This document shows positions 12,327 to 27,694 of a stretch of 64,000 bases of DNA, in pieces. Under the pieces are notes generated by a model. It did not search any database. It had not been told where the DNA came from and worked only from the letters and a program-made list of their open reading frames with translations. Source of the stretch: Geosiphon pyriformis uo1. Its lineage: Eukaryota; Fungi; Glomeromycota. Both the position numbers and the translations under genes were made by a program. How positions within the stretch are numbered: the first letter of the stretch is position 1; each line of letters starts with the position of its first letter. The stretch is taken from the NCBI GenBank assembly GCA_016748015.1, contig JAAOMT010000494.1, positions 736,190 through 800,189 of the forward strand, written 5' to 3'.

Positions 12327-12330
12327 GCAC

Positions 12331-15300
12331 TATCAATATAACATCAACAGACACATTCATCACAAACATGACAATACTATTGAACAAGATCTTATTCCAA
12401 AGTAAACAAAAGAAAACAGAGTTACTAGAAACATATGGCAATTACTTTGAAAGATTTAAATTGCAATTCCCAACGCCATCAAGAATTTGATCACCACCAC
12501 AACCAGATTTCAGAGCCATTAGTTCTTGGAAAATAACTGACTCTAAGGAAAAAAAAGATAGCAATTAGGAAAATAGTAAACAAAACTCAATTTTAGAAAA
12601 TCCAGAAATTGGGACTCTGGTTAATCAAACCCAAAAAATCAGAACAATTGAAATCCTGACATTAATAATCAACAACACTTACCTCCAGTAATTGTGATCA
12701 ATCCACCACCAGCCTTACCAATCAACAATTAGCAACAACAACAGCCACAACCACCATTCTAACAGTAACTACAACAGCAATTACTTCAACAACAACAACA
12801 ACAACAACAACAACTTCATCTACCACCAGTTCAATAGCAACAACCAATCACACAAATGGCATATGCACCAATTACCAAACTCAAAAAATTTACTGACAAA
12901 GAAGATAACATTCAGGTTTGGCTCAATGATGTCACTAAAGCAATCACTGCTAACAATTGGGACAATGTCAGAGCCCTATAGGCTATTCCATATTTTTTGC
13001 AAGATACTGCTGATTTCTGGTATCAAAGCTTGATCAACAAACCTGTCACCTTTGACGTGTTTAATACAGAGTTTTTGAGATATTTTAGCAACAATAATAG
13101 TATTAATTACTTAGCCAATACTTTTACCACCATCAAACAAGGAGAAAATGAAATAGTCACTACTTACTTGGGACACTTCAGGCCATACAGGCTGATTATT
13201 TTACAGCACCACAAATTTTAAATCAATTCATTAGAGGTCTGCATAGTAGCATTCTTCAACATATACGTCCATTATATCTAATAGACTTTCAAGCTATCAT
13301 TACAAACACCAGAGATTTTGAAGCTGCCAAATTAGAAGCCAACCACACCCAAGTTATAAACCTAGTGATGAATGGATCATCTGACTTGGATTCCAAGTTG
13401 AAGCAGTTCAGTGATTCTATCAATCAGAAATTGGAAGGATACTTAGCTAACACCAATTAGACAATTTATCAACCACTACAATGATGCAGCAACCAAGAAA
13501 ACTCCAATCATTTCCAAAATATACTGTGTCTGGCATCAACAATGGCAACAGAAAATGCACACTTGCCACTATTGTGGTAGACAAAAACATTTGCAAATTA
13601 ACTGCCACCAACATTTGATTGGAAAATCAATATTGAAACCCTGATCACCAGTTTCAAACTCAGAATTATCAATCAAACTCAGCTCCATATCAACCAACTT
13701 ACATGTTACTAATGCAGCAACCAATGTATCAACCACTAATATATTAACCACCAATTTATTAACCACAGTCACAAGTCATATATCAACTGCAGTCACAAGT
13801 AATCTATCAATCCCAACAAATTTTAATACTGCCATCAAACTCAGCTTAGATGACATCAAGAAATCTCAGATTAAGAACCACCCAAAACTGGAGATCAGTG
13901 ATAGTTGTCTACCAACCAATTCCCAGCTCCTCAAACCAGCCATTGGGATCACATCAGTAGAGTTTAGAAATCAGGTACATACAAAATCTGAGTTCTTAGA
14001 ACTATTTAAGTCTCCTGGTAATTTCAGAAGATGCCACATCTCACAACTTAGAAACCAAACAAAAGCAGTCACTTACCAACAATATCCCACTAACAACCAT
14101 TACTGAGGACAAATTACTTATTGTTATCTTCTTTTTTGAACTCAAAAAACCAGTTGAAACACCACTATTTAATAGAGCTGCCCTAAAATCAAAACTCATT
14201 ACAGCGATGTATACAGATGCTAAAGTTAATAGGCAGCACATTAAACTAATCCTAAACAGTGGATCAGCTGACAGCATTATTACATGACAACTTATGGACC
14301 AATTAGGTTGCTGAGTTGATTGTGCTGCCAACATCAGAATCATAACAGCTGATGGAGCAACCAAAACTTCAATTGGTGAAATAAATGACTTTCCATTTAA
14401 AGTTAACAACCTTATAATACTGATCAAAGTATTGGTAATAGAAGCAACACAGTACCAAGCTCTTATTGGAAATAACTGGCTGTCAAAAACCAATGCCATG
14501 CTCAACTGGAACACCCAAGAACTGCAGATTAGCCAAAATAATCACTACATATGTGTACTAGCTATATGTGGCTATTTCAAGACCACCAACACGTTAGCAC
14601 CACTTATTGAGTTTGAGAAAAAAAAGCAGAAACCTACCTGGGAAGCCTATTAAGTATTATGGGCTGAAAATAACCACAACAAGTTACTACCAATACCTTT
14701 CTGGGACAACAACAGAAAAGAAAAACAAAAGAAAGAACTTACTTGGAATGCTGACCAAGCCTGGAAAACTGAAAACAACCTGAATGAACCAACAAATTGG
14801 GAGTGAGAAAAGACTGACAATGGAAAAGAAAAAGAGAAAGAAGAAAAAACAACACCTATCAGTACCACTACTTATAATTCTTACACCTATACTACACCAC
14901 AATGATCCACTTACCACTGATTAAAGCTTATATGTATTGATTGTGACAAGAAATTGTCATCAATGGGTGCATGCTGTGGTGATAACAAAAAATACCATAC
15001 TGCAACAAGATTCTAATAAGTGACTGGGTTAGGAAAAGAACACCAATAGAAGCTGCCTAAAGAAGAACAGTAAAATACTTAAATGGTTGTTTACACAATG
15101 ATGACAAAATATGGTAAATGGCACTTGCCAAAATTAAAGGCACAATGCCAGAGAAAATCAGAATAATAAAGAATAACCCTCCAGAATCTATAGAATTTGA
15201 CTGGGATCCAGAACCAGTCATAAATCTACTAGATCCAGAACAATTCCATAAACACTACCAAGAATTAGCACCCACTAAAGAGGAACAAGAGCAACAATTA

Positions 15301-17823
15301 GAAGAAATAAACACTAGACTATGCAACCACTGTTTGATCTCTTGTGACTTCTAGTATTGTAATAAGTGTGATCTTATTTACAATTTACCATCATGTATGC
15401 TCTATACAATCCTAGAGAAAAAAGAATCAATTAGCAGCTGCACATCAGAATTGGAATCAATTTTCGATTCCAATTTAAACTCTGACAATGATGATAACAA
15501 AAACAACAGTTTTAGCTCTGTTCAAAATGGCAACAGTGATAACAACACTAATTTAAACTCTGATTCAAACCCAAACAATACATTACACTTTCTGATCTCA
15601 TCAAAGAGCAAGAACTTAAATGGTTCAGTAATACTGATACAGAGTTTGATCTAAGATATCCCAGAAAAATACCATTAAATTGGAACCACATTCACACACC
15701 TGTATTGATCTTAAAATAGCACTGGAAATCTCAGCAACAACAATGGTTTAACTAGCATCTAAGAGTAGCTTAGTAAAAAAAAAATCAACATCAGAGGAGG
15801 AATAATTGATGCAGAATATATAGAAAACATTATTGTAATGCTACAGAATAACTCTAAAAAGGCCTATATCATAGAGCCAAACAAAAAAATAGCACAGAAA
15901 ATATTCCTATCTCTGGTGAAAATAGCTCAGTTAGTGCCAGTGGGAAATAGAGAAAAATTAGAGATTACAGCAAGAGGGATACAGAGATTTGGATTAATGG
16001 GTAGAATAGATGTACCAGTTAATATGATAAAAAAAGAAGTAATTGACAAGGGAGAAATTATCTCCACTCATTAATCAATTTTCATTCCACCATATGACCA
16101 ATACATATTAGTCATAGAGAGAAAAATAAAGGATTAAGTTCAGATTTTTGAGGCAGAAGTGACACTTTGTGAATCAGGAGAGATTGAATTAGTTAATCTA
16201 CACATACTAGTTAAGAACTACAGTCACATCAAAATTCTCATTTACAACAACACAAAAAATGTTATCAAGATACCAAAAGAAACCACCATTGAATACTTAA
16301 CCACTGAAATTAAAAACCAACTGCCAAACACCATTCCAGATTTTTCACAGCTGTGCAGATATGTAGATATCACATTTCAAACAATATATGAATGAAATGA
16401 ATGTTATTTGCTCCAAGCAGAACAATTGGAACAGATGAACTTGGAAAATCTAAACCCATTACAACATATGCAGCTCAAGATATTACTTAACAATTTCAAT
16501 GACATATTTGCCAGTGAAAACAAATTTGGCAGAACTGACATCATCCAACATCAAATCAAGACTGGAGATACAATGCCAATTAAACAGAAAGCATACAAAG
16601 TACCACTAGCCAGCCATGAGATTATTCATCAAGAAATCAATCAAATACTTGACAACAGATTAATTCAGCCATCAATGAGCCCATGGTTGTCACCAGTGAT
16701 ACTAGTCTGTAAGAAAAATAGGAAAATATGTTTTTGTGTGGATTACTGGAAATTAAATAGAGTAACAAAAGTGATAGCTATCTAACTCCAAAGATCCAAG
16801 AACTTTTCGATGCTTTCAGAGAAAAAAAATGGTTTTTAACATTAGACTTAAACAGTAGTTACTGGCAAGTAGCCATAAAACCAGAAGACAAAAAAAAAAT
16901 GGCTTTCACAACACAAGAAGAGAACTTTGAATTTGAAGTTATGTCATTTGGCTTGATGAATGCTCCAGTCACTTTTTAGCAACTTATGGAAATTGTTTAT
17001 ACAGAACTACTATGGAAATCAATAGTTGTATACTTAAACAACACCAATGTGTTTTCAAAAACATTTGATGATCATCTGCATCATCTCCAATAAGTATTTG
17101 AAAGACTCAAATGAGCAGAATTGAAATTAAATGCAAACAAATGCTTCTTTGGAAAAACTGAACTCAAGTTTTTGGAACATGTAGTGAGCAAAAACAGTAT
17201 TAAAACAGATCCAGACAAGATTGAGATAGTCAAGAACAACCAACTTGACAGAACTAAAAGCATTCTTGAAATTTGTTAGATACTATTGCCACTTTATTAA
17301 AGACTTTTCCAAAATAGCTCAGCCACTACACCAACTCCAAACAAAGAACACCAAATATAAGTGGACTGAAATCCAACAAAAAGCCTTTGACACACTAAGA
17401 AGAAAACTTATTTAAGCCTCAATATTAATCTATTCAGACCATAGTAAATTATTTATCATTACTACTGATACATCAGACCAAGTATTGGAAGCAGTACTAT
17501 TACAGAAAAGACTGGATAGAAGAGAACATCCAGTAGCTTACACCAGTAAAAGCTTAAGTTTGGCAGAAAAAAACTATGAAACTTCAGCACTGGAACACTT
17601 AACTATCTATTGGGCTGTCATCAAATAGAAAAAGTACTTGAGTCAAAAGTTTGATGTGTATACTGATCACAAAATATTGACTTTAATTCAGAAGCAAGAA
17701 TTTGGAAATAATCACCATGTCAGATGAAAAATAGAACTTTCATTATTTAATTATATAGTACATTACAAAAAAGGAAAAAAAAATGGAAATGCTGACAGAT
17801 TGTCATGAATAAGACAAATCTAA
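12331..17823 (+). pseudogene. gag-PR-Cys domain-dUTPase-RT-RNase H of B1
   Basis: Many stop-broken fragments: MAYAP capsid start, LILNSGS protease, dUTPase at about 15630-16020, FCVDY. Confidence 0.88.
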
Positions 17824-17853
17824 AAACATTTCAACCCAAAAATATAACAAAAA

Positions 17854-19230
17854 ATGAATATACAAAAATATTAACAACTCCAATATTATATAAATACCAA
17901 ATTGTTTAAGGAGAAATTATCTCAAAAAAAACAAAGAAACATAAAACAACAATCAAAATATTTTATCAACCATCAAAATATACTTTACTAGAAGAACAAA
18001 AGAAATCCAAATCAACCAACCAGAGTAATCATAGAACCAGAAAAAGAGACAATATTATTTAACATGCACTCAGATCTAACAGCAGGACATTTTCATAAAG
18101 AAGCAACCATGGAAAGAACCAGAAAAAGATACTATTGGCCATCAATATATCCAAATATCATCCAATATGTTCAAAATTGTGATGCTTGTCAGAGAAGAGA
18201 AGGAACAAAACCAAGTGAACCATTAAGACTAATTAAAGTGAAACAACTATTTGACCACATTGAAATTGACTTGGTCAGATCATTAACAATAACCAACAGA
18301 GGCAACAGATATATTGTAGTAGCCATAGATTATTTCACAAAATGGCCAGAAGCAAAAGCCATTCAAAAAGCAGATGCAAAATCCATTGCCAAATTCATTC
18401 ATCAAGATTTGATCTATCAACACAGATGTCCAAAAGAATTATTATTAGATCAAAAAATTCACTTTGTAAATAAAACATTAGCAAAATTAAGTCAAAGATT
18501 TGGGATAAAAAGACCATTATTATCATTATACCATCCACAAACAAATGGGTTAGTTGAAAGATTTAACAGAACATTGTGTGAAGCCATTGCTAAAATCAGC
18601 CAAAAAAACCAGAACAAATAAGATTTGATTATATCATTAGTATTATTTGCTTATTGGACAATAAAGCAAGACACTACATAAGCAATACCATTCAAATTAG
18701 TATATAGTAGAACAGCAACATTACCAGTTGAAATAGAAATCAAAACATACTCAACAGAACCAATAACAGAAGAAAATTTATAAAAAACATTGTTGAAAAG
18801 AACATATGACTTAATGGAGACATTAGAAAACAAATGATAAAAAGCAGCTGATAACATTCAACAGTCACAAAAAAAACAAAAAAAAAGACATAATAACCAA
18901 CTATCAGATAAACCAGTTGAATTCAAGATTGAAGACAAAGTACTTTTACATTATACCAAAGCAGAAAAACAATAAAGTGGAAAATTTGACCCCAAATGGG
19001 ACGGACCATTTCACATAGAAGAAATTCTTGGAAATGAAACTTATAAATTAAGATTGAACAACAAAATTTTAATCAAAGCAGCACATGGTAATTGACTGAA
19101 ACAATACTATCATATAGCATCATCATCTGCCAGTAATATTTCACAATTAGAAGTACAGAGAATACTAATCAAACCAAATGAAATTCTACGAGATCTAGAA
19201 CCAATTATAATCATCAAACCAAACATGTAA
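17854..19230 (+). pseudogene. Integrase ORF of B1
   Basis: MHSDLTAGHFH..CDAC, HPQTNGLVERFN, KWDGPF. Confidence 0.9.
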
Positions 19231-19291
19231 AATAGAACAACCAAAAGAGTATATAAAAACATAGTATACATGACAAAAGACAGCAGAAAGA

Positions 19292-19921
19292 ATGAAGATT
19301 ATAAACAGCATTCACTCACTAGCACAACAACTTTTTCAACTGATCCAACAACAAAAAATGGAAATTACAATTAACCAACAAACTATCAGATACACAAACA
19401 CCAGAAAAAGACCATAAGATAAAATACAGAAGAAAACAGAAAACACAGTGAACAAAATAATTACAAAAGTGAAATTGGCAATAGAAACACAACCAAAAGT
19501 CACCCAATATTAAGAGTTAACTATAGAAACTTGGAATTGGTAGATACAACAATTTTCAAGAAATTTTTGTTACTTTTATTTGGAACAACACTTGAATATT
19601 CAGGGCTTATATACAGATAAAACAAAATAATTATTTGACACCACAATACTGCAACAACTAGAACAATTTGTGGAGAAGAACAATTTGACTACACAAGCAA
19701 AAGCCATTTATCAGCTACACACTGGATTTCAGGATCGACCAGAAATCTTACTCAATTTAGAAATGAACTCCATTATTATTAACCAAATGGGAAAAATAAC
19801 CAACACTTAATTTGAAGAATTACAGAACAAGATAGCACAAGTAATTTTTGAAAAAAAAGTTCAAGAAATACTCAAAAATGGAGAATTAGAATTAAGAGAT
19901 CTTGACGGAGCTCAATATTAA
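19292..19921 (+). pseudogene. ORF3 of B1 (about 209 codons, unknown function)
   Basis: The ATG-to-TAA span is 630 nt. Homologous to ORF3 of B2 and C1. Confidence 0.7.
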
Positions 19922-19935
19922 AGAGGAGGAAATAA

Positions 19936-20597
19936 TGTTACTCATAAAATATAAAAAATATATTAGCATATAAATTAGCCAATCAGAAGTAGTCATAGTA
20001 AATGTGGAATTCCAGAATTTCTCTTAAAGAAATTGCAGGATTCCAAGAATTTCAGGATTTTCGTACAAAAAATTGCAGAATTTTAGAATCCCAGGATTCT
20101 TCTCAAAAGAATTGCAGGATTTTAGGAATTCCAAAATTCCTGGTGTAAAGAATTGAGGAATTGAAAAATCTTAATTATGTATATATATTGGTAGCATTAG
20201 AAATAGAAAAGACAGACTTCTTAGTTTAGATTTAATTTAAGCAAGCTTTTCATTCACAAATATAAATAATTAATTATTTGCTATCTAAATTTACTTTCTA
20301 TTATTAACACTTCATGTTAATAGTAATTGATACTTAATCACACTGAAACAATAGCTCTTGATTATGGCTATTGACAGGATACTAATTTGCAACTGTTTTG
20401 GCTCATTTTCTTATTTTCTTTTATTTTTTTTATTTTTTTTGCTATTCTTTTGTTTTACTTATTGATTGAAGATTAAGCATTGAAGTTATTGACATCATGG
20501 ATAGCCTAGTAAAAGACCCAAAAATAAGGGTAGAATCATATATATATTAACAGATAGCTTACCAGAAAGGCATGATTGCCAGAATAAATTCAGTCAC
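19936..20597 (+). repeat. 3' LTR of B1, left part (U3 with GGAATTCCAGG-type repeats)
   Basis: Starts TGTTACTCATA after the PPT, is homologous to the B2 LTRs and is interrupted at TCAC. Confidence 0.9.
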
Positions 20598-21483
20598 TAT
20601 TACTCATAAAAAGAAAAACAGATATAGGGAGAATAGTAGACCAATGAGTGAATAGTATGTAGCATGTGAGCACATTGCTCAGCAATGTAGAGCAATGATA
20701 GAAATCACGGCACATTGCTCAGCAATATAGAGCAATGTCAGAAAACATGGCATATTGCTTAGCAATATAGAGCTATATTAGAAAATTAGAGCACATCACT
20801 CAGCAATATGAGCATTGCTCAAGAAATTATAGCACATCATTCAGAAATGTGAGTGATTTCATAGAACATTAATTATGTATATATAGTGATAGTATTAGAA
20901 GTAGAAAGATAAGAATCCTTTAGTTAGAAATCTTCCATTTACAAATATTAGATAAATAAATTATTCACTATCCAAATCCACTCTTCACTATCAACATTTT
21001 ATGTTGATAGTAATTGATACCTAACCATGCTGGAACAATAGCTCTTAATTATGGCTATTAACAAGATACTAATGTACACATTACCTTGGCTCATTTCTTT
21101 ATTTTCTTTTATTTATTTATTTCTTTAATTTTTTACTGTTGTATACTAACTGATTAAGGATTAAAGCACTGAGTAATTGATGTCATGGATAGTCTGGTAA
21201 AAGACCCAGAAATAAGAGTAAAATTATATATATATTAACAGATAGCTTACCAGAAAGGCACGACTGCCAGAATAAACCAGCCACCAAGCTGAAAACAGAA
21301 ATTGGGAACACAACTCACCAACCAACTACATTGTCATTGAATCTCTGTTCATTATACAAAAGACTCAACTCTAAAACCTTCAAATACAACCAATGTACTA
21401 GTATTACCAGCATTGTCAAGATATTGAGCACCAAGTTATGGATTTGTTATTTGATTTGAGACCCCAAATAATCATTTGTAACA
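20598..21483 (+). repeat. 5' LTR of C1 (about 41-bp GCACATTGCTCAGCAAT-type U3 repeats)
   Basis: Direct repeat of 29787-30568. Confidence 0.93.
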
Positions 21484-21545
21484 TTTGGTGCTTTCTGTGA
21501 AGTATAATCTTACAGAGAACAGCACCAACCAAACTCATCCAAACA

Positions 21546-24500
21546 GTGGCAAAATCTGAAGAAATAGGAACAAACCATTTAGGATTTGCAAAATCCTTAT
21601 TCCAACATTATCACATTCATTTCGGATTAACAAATAATAGTTGGCCAACCAAATCAGCTTTCAATTGCTACGTTAATGAAAGAATAGTATATCACTTAGG
21701 AGGCCAAAGAGATCCAGAATCTACTTTCAACAACTTCTTCAGTGAATTACTCCAAAGCACCATCTTTCTACAAAATTATTTATTTACACCCCTAATTACA
21801 AAAATAAACAGGGAAATTGAAAAATACACCAAACAGAGATTTTTTATCACTTTTGCAAACAAAGGCAAAGGAAGGCTACAAACACCAGCAGGAATACCAA
21901 AGCAAATCTAACTACTCACTTGGAAGAAACAAAGGTTTGATTCACCTGCTAATCCATTATATTACCACACACCCAGAAGCATTATCAATATAATAAACAC
22001 AGCTACAACAAGCACAACAATGCCACTAAACAGAATCCTATTCCAAAGTAAACAAAAGAAGACAGAGTTATTAAGAACATACAGCAATTATTTTGAGGGA
22101 TTTAAATTATGATCTCCAATGCCATTAGGAATTTGATTATCACCATCACAACCAGATTTTGGAGCCATTAATCCTTGGGAAATAACTGACTCTGAAGAAG
22201 AAGAAAGTAGTGATCGGAAAGTTAATAAGCAAAACCTGATCCTAAAACATTCAGAAATTAAAACTCTGGTTAATCAAACTCTGGAAAATTAGAATAATTA
22301 AAACCCTAACATAATTAATTAGCACTTACCTCCAGTAATTATGATCAATCTACCACCAGCTCCACCAAATGCCCAACAACAACAACAGCCACAACCACTA
22401 CCTCAACAACAAATTTAGCAGCAATCACAATCCAACTTAGATCCAATGGCATATGTACTGATAGCCAAACTCAAAAAATTCACTGGTGAAAAGAACGATG
22501 CCCAAGTATGGCTAAATGATGTGGAGAAAGCTATTGCAACTAATAGATGGAATAATGCCAGAGCCATGCAAGCCATCTCATATTTTCTCTAGAATACTGC
22601 CAATTTATGATATCAAAGCCTGGTCAACAAACTCCAAGATTTTAATGCATTCAAAATTGAGTTCTTAAAATACTTCAGCAACAATAACAGCATTAACAGA
22701 CTAGCAAACACATTTACTACCATCAAACAAGGAGAAAATAAAGCAGTTACTACTTACTTAGGATGTTTCCATAGGAATCTACACCAGATCCAAGCCATCA
22801 ACACCAATTATTTTACAGTGGCCCAGATCCTAAATCAGTTTATTTGCAGATTATGCAGTAGCATTCTACAACATGTATGTTCATTGTATCCTATTGATTT
22901 GCAAGCAGCTGTCACAAATGCCCAAGATTTTGAAGCCGCTGAACTCGAAGCTAACCATGCCCAAACCATTAACCTAGTAATAAATAGATTATCTGAATTG
23001 GATTCCAAATTGAAACAATTTAATGATTCCATCAATCAGAAATTAGAGAGATACTTAACTGACAATCATGCAATTTATCAACCACCACAATGACACAATA
23101 ATTCTGGAAATGCAAATTGTTTCCAGAATTAGTCACATCTATTATCATTGACTAATCAACAGTGACAACAAGAAACACGTGTTTGCTACTATTGTGGTAA
23201 ACAAAGACACCTACAAATTAATTGTTGTCATTGCTTAAATAATCAATGATCAGAAAATCAATATCGAAACCCCAATCACCAGTTTCAAATTCCAAATAAC
23301 CTACCAAATTCAGAGCCATATTATCAGAATTACATACCTATAATACAGCAGCCACTTTATCATCCACCAGTATATCAAGTGCCAATTTATTAACTGACAA
23401 TACTGACAATTTATCAGCTGCAGTCACAACCCATTTATCAGCCGCAGTTTCAGGTAATCTATCAGCCCCAACAAATTCAAACACCACCACAGAACTTATC
23501 TCAAAATAGAACCCAAAGGCCAAGATTGACTCAACAAAGCTGAAGATCATCAATGGTAGTTCACCAACTGATCTCCAGTTCTTCCACACAACCAGCAGGA
23601 TCTCAACAATAGAATTTGGGCACTGGGTATACCCAAAACCCAAATTCTCAGAACTATTTAAGTCTTCTAGTTACCACAGAAGACACTCAATCCAATAATC
23701 CAGAGACCAACCAACACTTACCAGCAACATTCCGCCAGCTACCATTACCAAGAACAAATTACTGGATGTTATTTTCCCATTTAAACTCAAAGAACCATCA
23801 ACCACACTATTATTTAGTGGAGCCGTTTTGGAAAAAAACCTATTACGGCCATATATACTGATGTCAAAGTTGATGGCCATTTCATTAAACTGATTCTAGA
23901 CAGTGAATTAGCTGACAGCATTATTACAAAACAACTTATAGACCAATTAGATTACCAAGTTGATCGCGCTGCTAATGCCAAAATCATAACCACTAATGGA
24001 GCAACAAAAACTCTCATTGGTGAGATCGATGACTTCTCCATCAAAGTCAACAGTATCATAATCCTAATCAAAGTACTGATCATAGAAGCCACCCAATACC
24101 AAGCACTCATTAGGAATGATTGGCTATTCAAAACCAATGTTTTGCTTAATTGGAATATGCAAGAGCTTCAAATTAGCCAGAACGGCCAACACACATGCAT
24201 ACCAGCCACATGTAGTCATTTCAAGACCACCAACTTGACAACTCCACTTATTAAATTCAAGAAAGAGGAGAAGAAACCTATCTGGGAAGCCTACCAAGTT
24301 TTCTGGACTGACACCGAACACAACAAGCTGCCATCAATACCTTTGTGAGACAACAACAGCAAAGGAAAGCAGAGTGAAAAACTTATCTAAGAAGTTAACC
24401 AAACCTGAGAAACTGACAACAATCAGAAAGAACAAATAAATTGGGAATACAAAGAAAACAAAAAGGGAAAAGAAAAGGGAAAAGAAGAAGAACCAACAAC

Positions 24501-27500
24501 CAACAGCAACTTCACTTATAATTCCTATACTACACCCCACTGATCCACTTATTGCTGCCCAAAACTGGTATGCATTGATTGTGGCAAGAAATTGTCATCA
24601 ATGGGTGCTTGTTGTGGCGACGATGAGGAGTACACTTTGGCAACAAAATTTTACTACTGTCCATGTGTTATTGAACACTTTGGAAGGCCAAAGCAGGTTG
24701 GGAAATGAGACAATGAACTATGCTTGGCTTGTGGAGAAACTTTTCTGAATGAAGAAATGTGGAACAACATTTTTGGGTAAGAAGGAATGTGTAATGAATT
24801 GTGTTAATACACAATTCTCATAAGTGACTGGATGAGGAAAGGAATGCCCATAGATGTTGTCTGGAGACAAGCCATTAAATGTCTGGACAGATGTCCACAT
24901 GATGATGACAAAATCTGGCAAATGGCACTCACCAAAATTAAAGGAATGATATCAGAAGAGATAAAAACAATTAAAAATAATCCACCTGAACCTATAGAAC
25001 TCGACTAAGACCCAAAACCAGTCATAAATCTCCTAGATCCAAAACAATTCTATGAACATTATCAAGAGCTAGCACCTACAAGAGAAGAGCAGGAGCAACA
25101 CTTGGAAGAAATCAACATTTAACTATGTGACTACTGTTTGATTCCATATGACTTTCAATATTGTAATGAGTGTGATCTCATTTACAATCCACCACTATGC
25201 ATGATCTACACAATCCCAGAGGAAGAAGAACCAATCAGCAACTGTACATCAGAATCAGAATCAATTTTCAATCCTGATTCAAACTCTGACAACGACAATG
25301 ATGAAAATAACGGTTCCAGCTCCACTCAAAATGGCAATGAAAATATCAGCGATTCAGACTTCAATTTAAACCCCAAAATATATATTGTGCTTCCTGATCT
25401 ATCTAAGGAGCAGGAACTCAAATGGTATAGTGACAATAATAAAGATATTATGCCAGAACGCACACATGATACTGATACAAGGTTTGATCTGAGATATCTG
25501 GGAAAAGAAGCCATTAAATTGGAACCAAATTTACACACATGTATTGATCTCAAAATAGCTCTGGAAATTCCAGCAACAACCATAGTTCAATTAGCATTTA
25601 GGAGTAGCTTAGTGAAAAAAGGAATCAACATCAGAGGAGAAATAATTAACACAAGGTATGTAGGAAATATTATTGCTATGCTACAAAATAACTCTGAAAA
25701 AGCCTATATCATAAAGCCAAACAAAAAAATAACACAAGCAATATTTCTATCTCTGGTAAAAATAGCTCAATTAGTGTTAGTGAGAAACAAAAAAGAATTA
25801 GGGATTACTGCTAAAAGAATACAGGGATTTGAATCAACAAGTACAATAGACATACTAGTTAATATGGCAGAGGAAAAAGTTATTGACAAAAGAGAAATTA
25901 TCTCAACTTATTAATCAATTTCCATTCCACTATATGACCAGTATATGTTACCTATAAAAAGAGAAGTAAAGAATTAGGCTCAGTTGTTTGAAGCAGAAGC
26001 TATCATTTGCGAATCAGGAGAGATTGAACTTACTAATCTCTACATATTAGCCAAAAGCCCCAAAAACATCAAAATTCTTATCTACAACACAATCAGAAGT
26101 GTCATTGAAATACCAAAGGAAACTATTATTAGATATTTGATCACTAAAGTTAAGGATCAACCACCAAATCACATTCCAGATTTTCTACAGCTTTGCAAAT
26201 ATGTAGACATTACATTACAAACCATCTACAGACGAAGTGAATGTTATCTGCTTCAACCAGAACAATTGGAACAGATAAACATGGGGAATCTAGATCCATT
26301 TCAATGGATGCAACTCAAGATGTTACTCAACAATTTCAATGACATCTTTACTAGTAAAAATGAATTTGGCCAAACCAACATCATCCAGCATTAGATCAAG
26401 ACTGAAGATACAATGCTAATTAAACAAAGAGCATACAGAGTACCACCAGCTAGCCATGAGATTATTTGTTAAGAAATCAACTGAATGCTTGACAATGAGC
26501 TAATTCAGCCATTAATGAATCCATGGTCATTACCAGTAGTACTAGTTCATAAGAAGAATGGAAAAAGCCATTTTTGTGTAGACTACTAGAAACTGAATGG
26601 AGTAATAAAAGATGATAGCTATCCAACACCAACTATTCAACACTTTTGGAGGAAATAAATGGTTTTCAACACTGGACTTAAATAGTGATTACTGGCAAGT
26701 AGCCATGAATCCAGCCGACAAAAAAAAAACAGCATTTACCACAAAAGAAGGAAATTTTGAGTTTGAAGTTATGCTATTTGGCTTGATGAATGCTCCAGCA
26801 ACATTTCAACAACTCATAAAAATTGTCTATACTGGATTACTATGGAAATTAGTAGTTATATACTTGGATGACACCAATGTGTTCTCAAAAACATTTAATG
26901 ATTATTTGTATCATCTTCAACAAGTATTCGAAAGGTTAAGAAAAGCTGGATTGAAACTAAATGCAACCAAATGTTTCTTTGAAAAAACTGAACTCAAGTT
27001 TTTGGAACATGTAATGAGCAAAGACAGAATCAAAACAGATCTAGACAAGATTGAAGTAGTTAAAAACTTTCTAGTACCAGCCAACTTGCCAGAACTAAGG
27101 GCATTTTTGGGATTTGCAAACTACTATTGCTGTTTCATCAAAGACTTTTCTAAACTAACTCAGCCATTTCACCATCTACAAACCAAAAATGTGAAGTATG
27201 AATGGACTGAAACTCAACAAGAAGCATTTAACATATTAAGAAAAAAGCTTATTCAAGCTCCAGTATTAATGTATTCAAATTACAACAAATTATTTATCAT
27301 TACTACTAATGTATTAGGTCAAGCATTGAGAACAGTACTATCACAGAAAAGACCCGATAGAAGAGAGCATCCAGTAGCTTATGCCAGTAGAAGTTTAAGT
27401 TTAACTGAAAAGAACTATAGAACTCCAGCACTGGAACACTTAGCAATCTATTGGGCTGTCATTAAATAGAGAGAATACTTGAGCCAAAAGTTTAAAATAT

Positions 27501-27664
27501 ATACAGATCACAAAGAATTGACTTCAATTCAGAAACAAGAATTTGCAGATGATTGTCATGCCAGATGGAAAATAGAACTTTTACTATTCAATTATACAGT
27601 ACATTATAAAAAAAGAAAAGACAATGGAAATGCTGACAGATTGTTATGAATGAGACAAATCTAA
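21546..27664 (+). pseudogene. gag-pol of C1 (gag, PR, Cys domain, dUTPase, RT, RNase H)
   Basis: ORF fragments 21546 to 27469. RT YLDD lies in 26612..27469. Confidence 0.9.
25450..25860 (+). pseudogene. dut: Trimeric-type dUTPase domain of C1
   Basis: TRFDL, RSSL, GEIINTRYVG, KITQ and RIQGFES are degenerate motifs 1-5. Confidence 0.85.
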
Positions 27665-27694
27665 AAACATTTCAACCCAAAAATATAATAAAAG

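Noticed and set aside
20665-20860. Repeat arrays that look CRISPR-like (also 2360-2480, 20005-20170, 60158-60245)
   Set aside because: They are head-to-tail degenerate tandem units without unique spacers, they lie inside LTR U3, and there are no cas genes.
25138-25914. dUTPase as a captured stand-alone host gene
   Set aside because: It has no introns, is in the gag-pol frame and sits at the same position in four elements, so it is an element domain.
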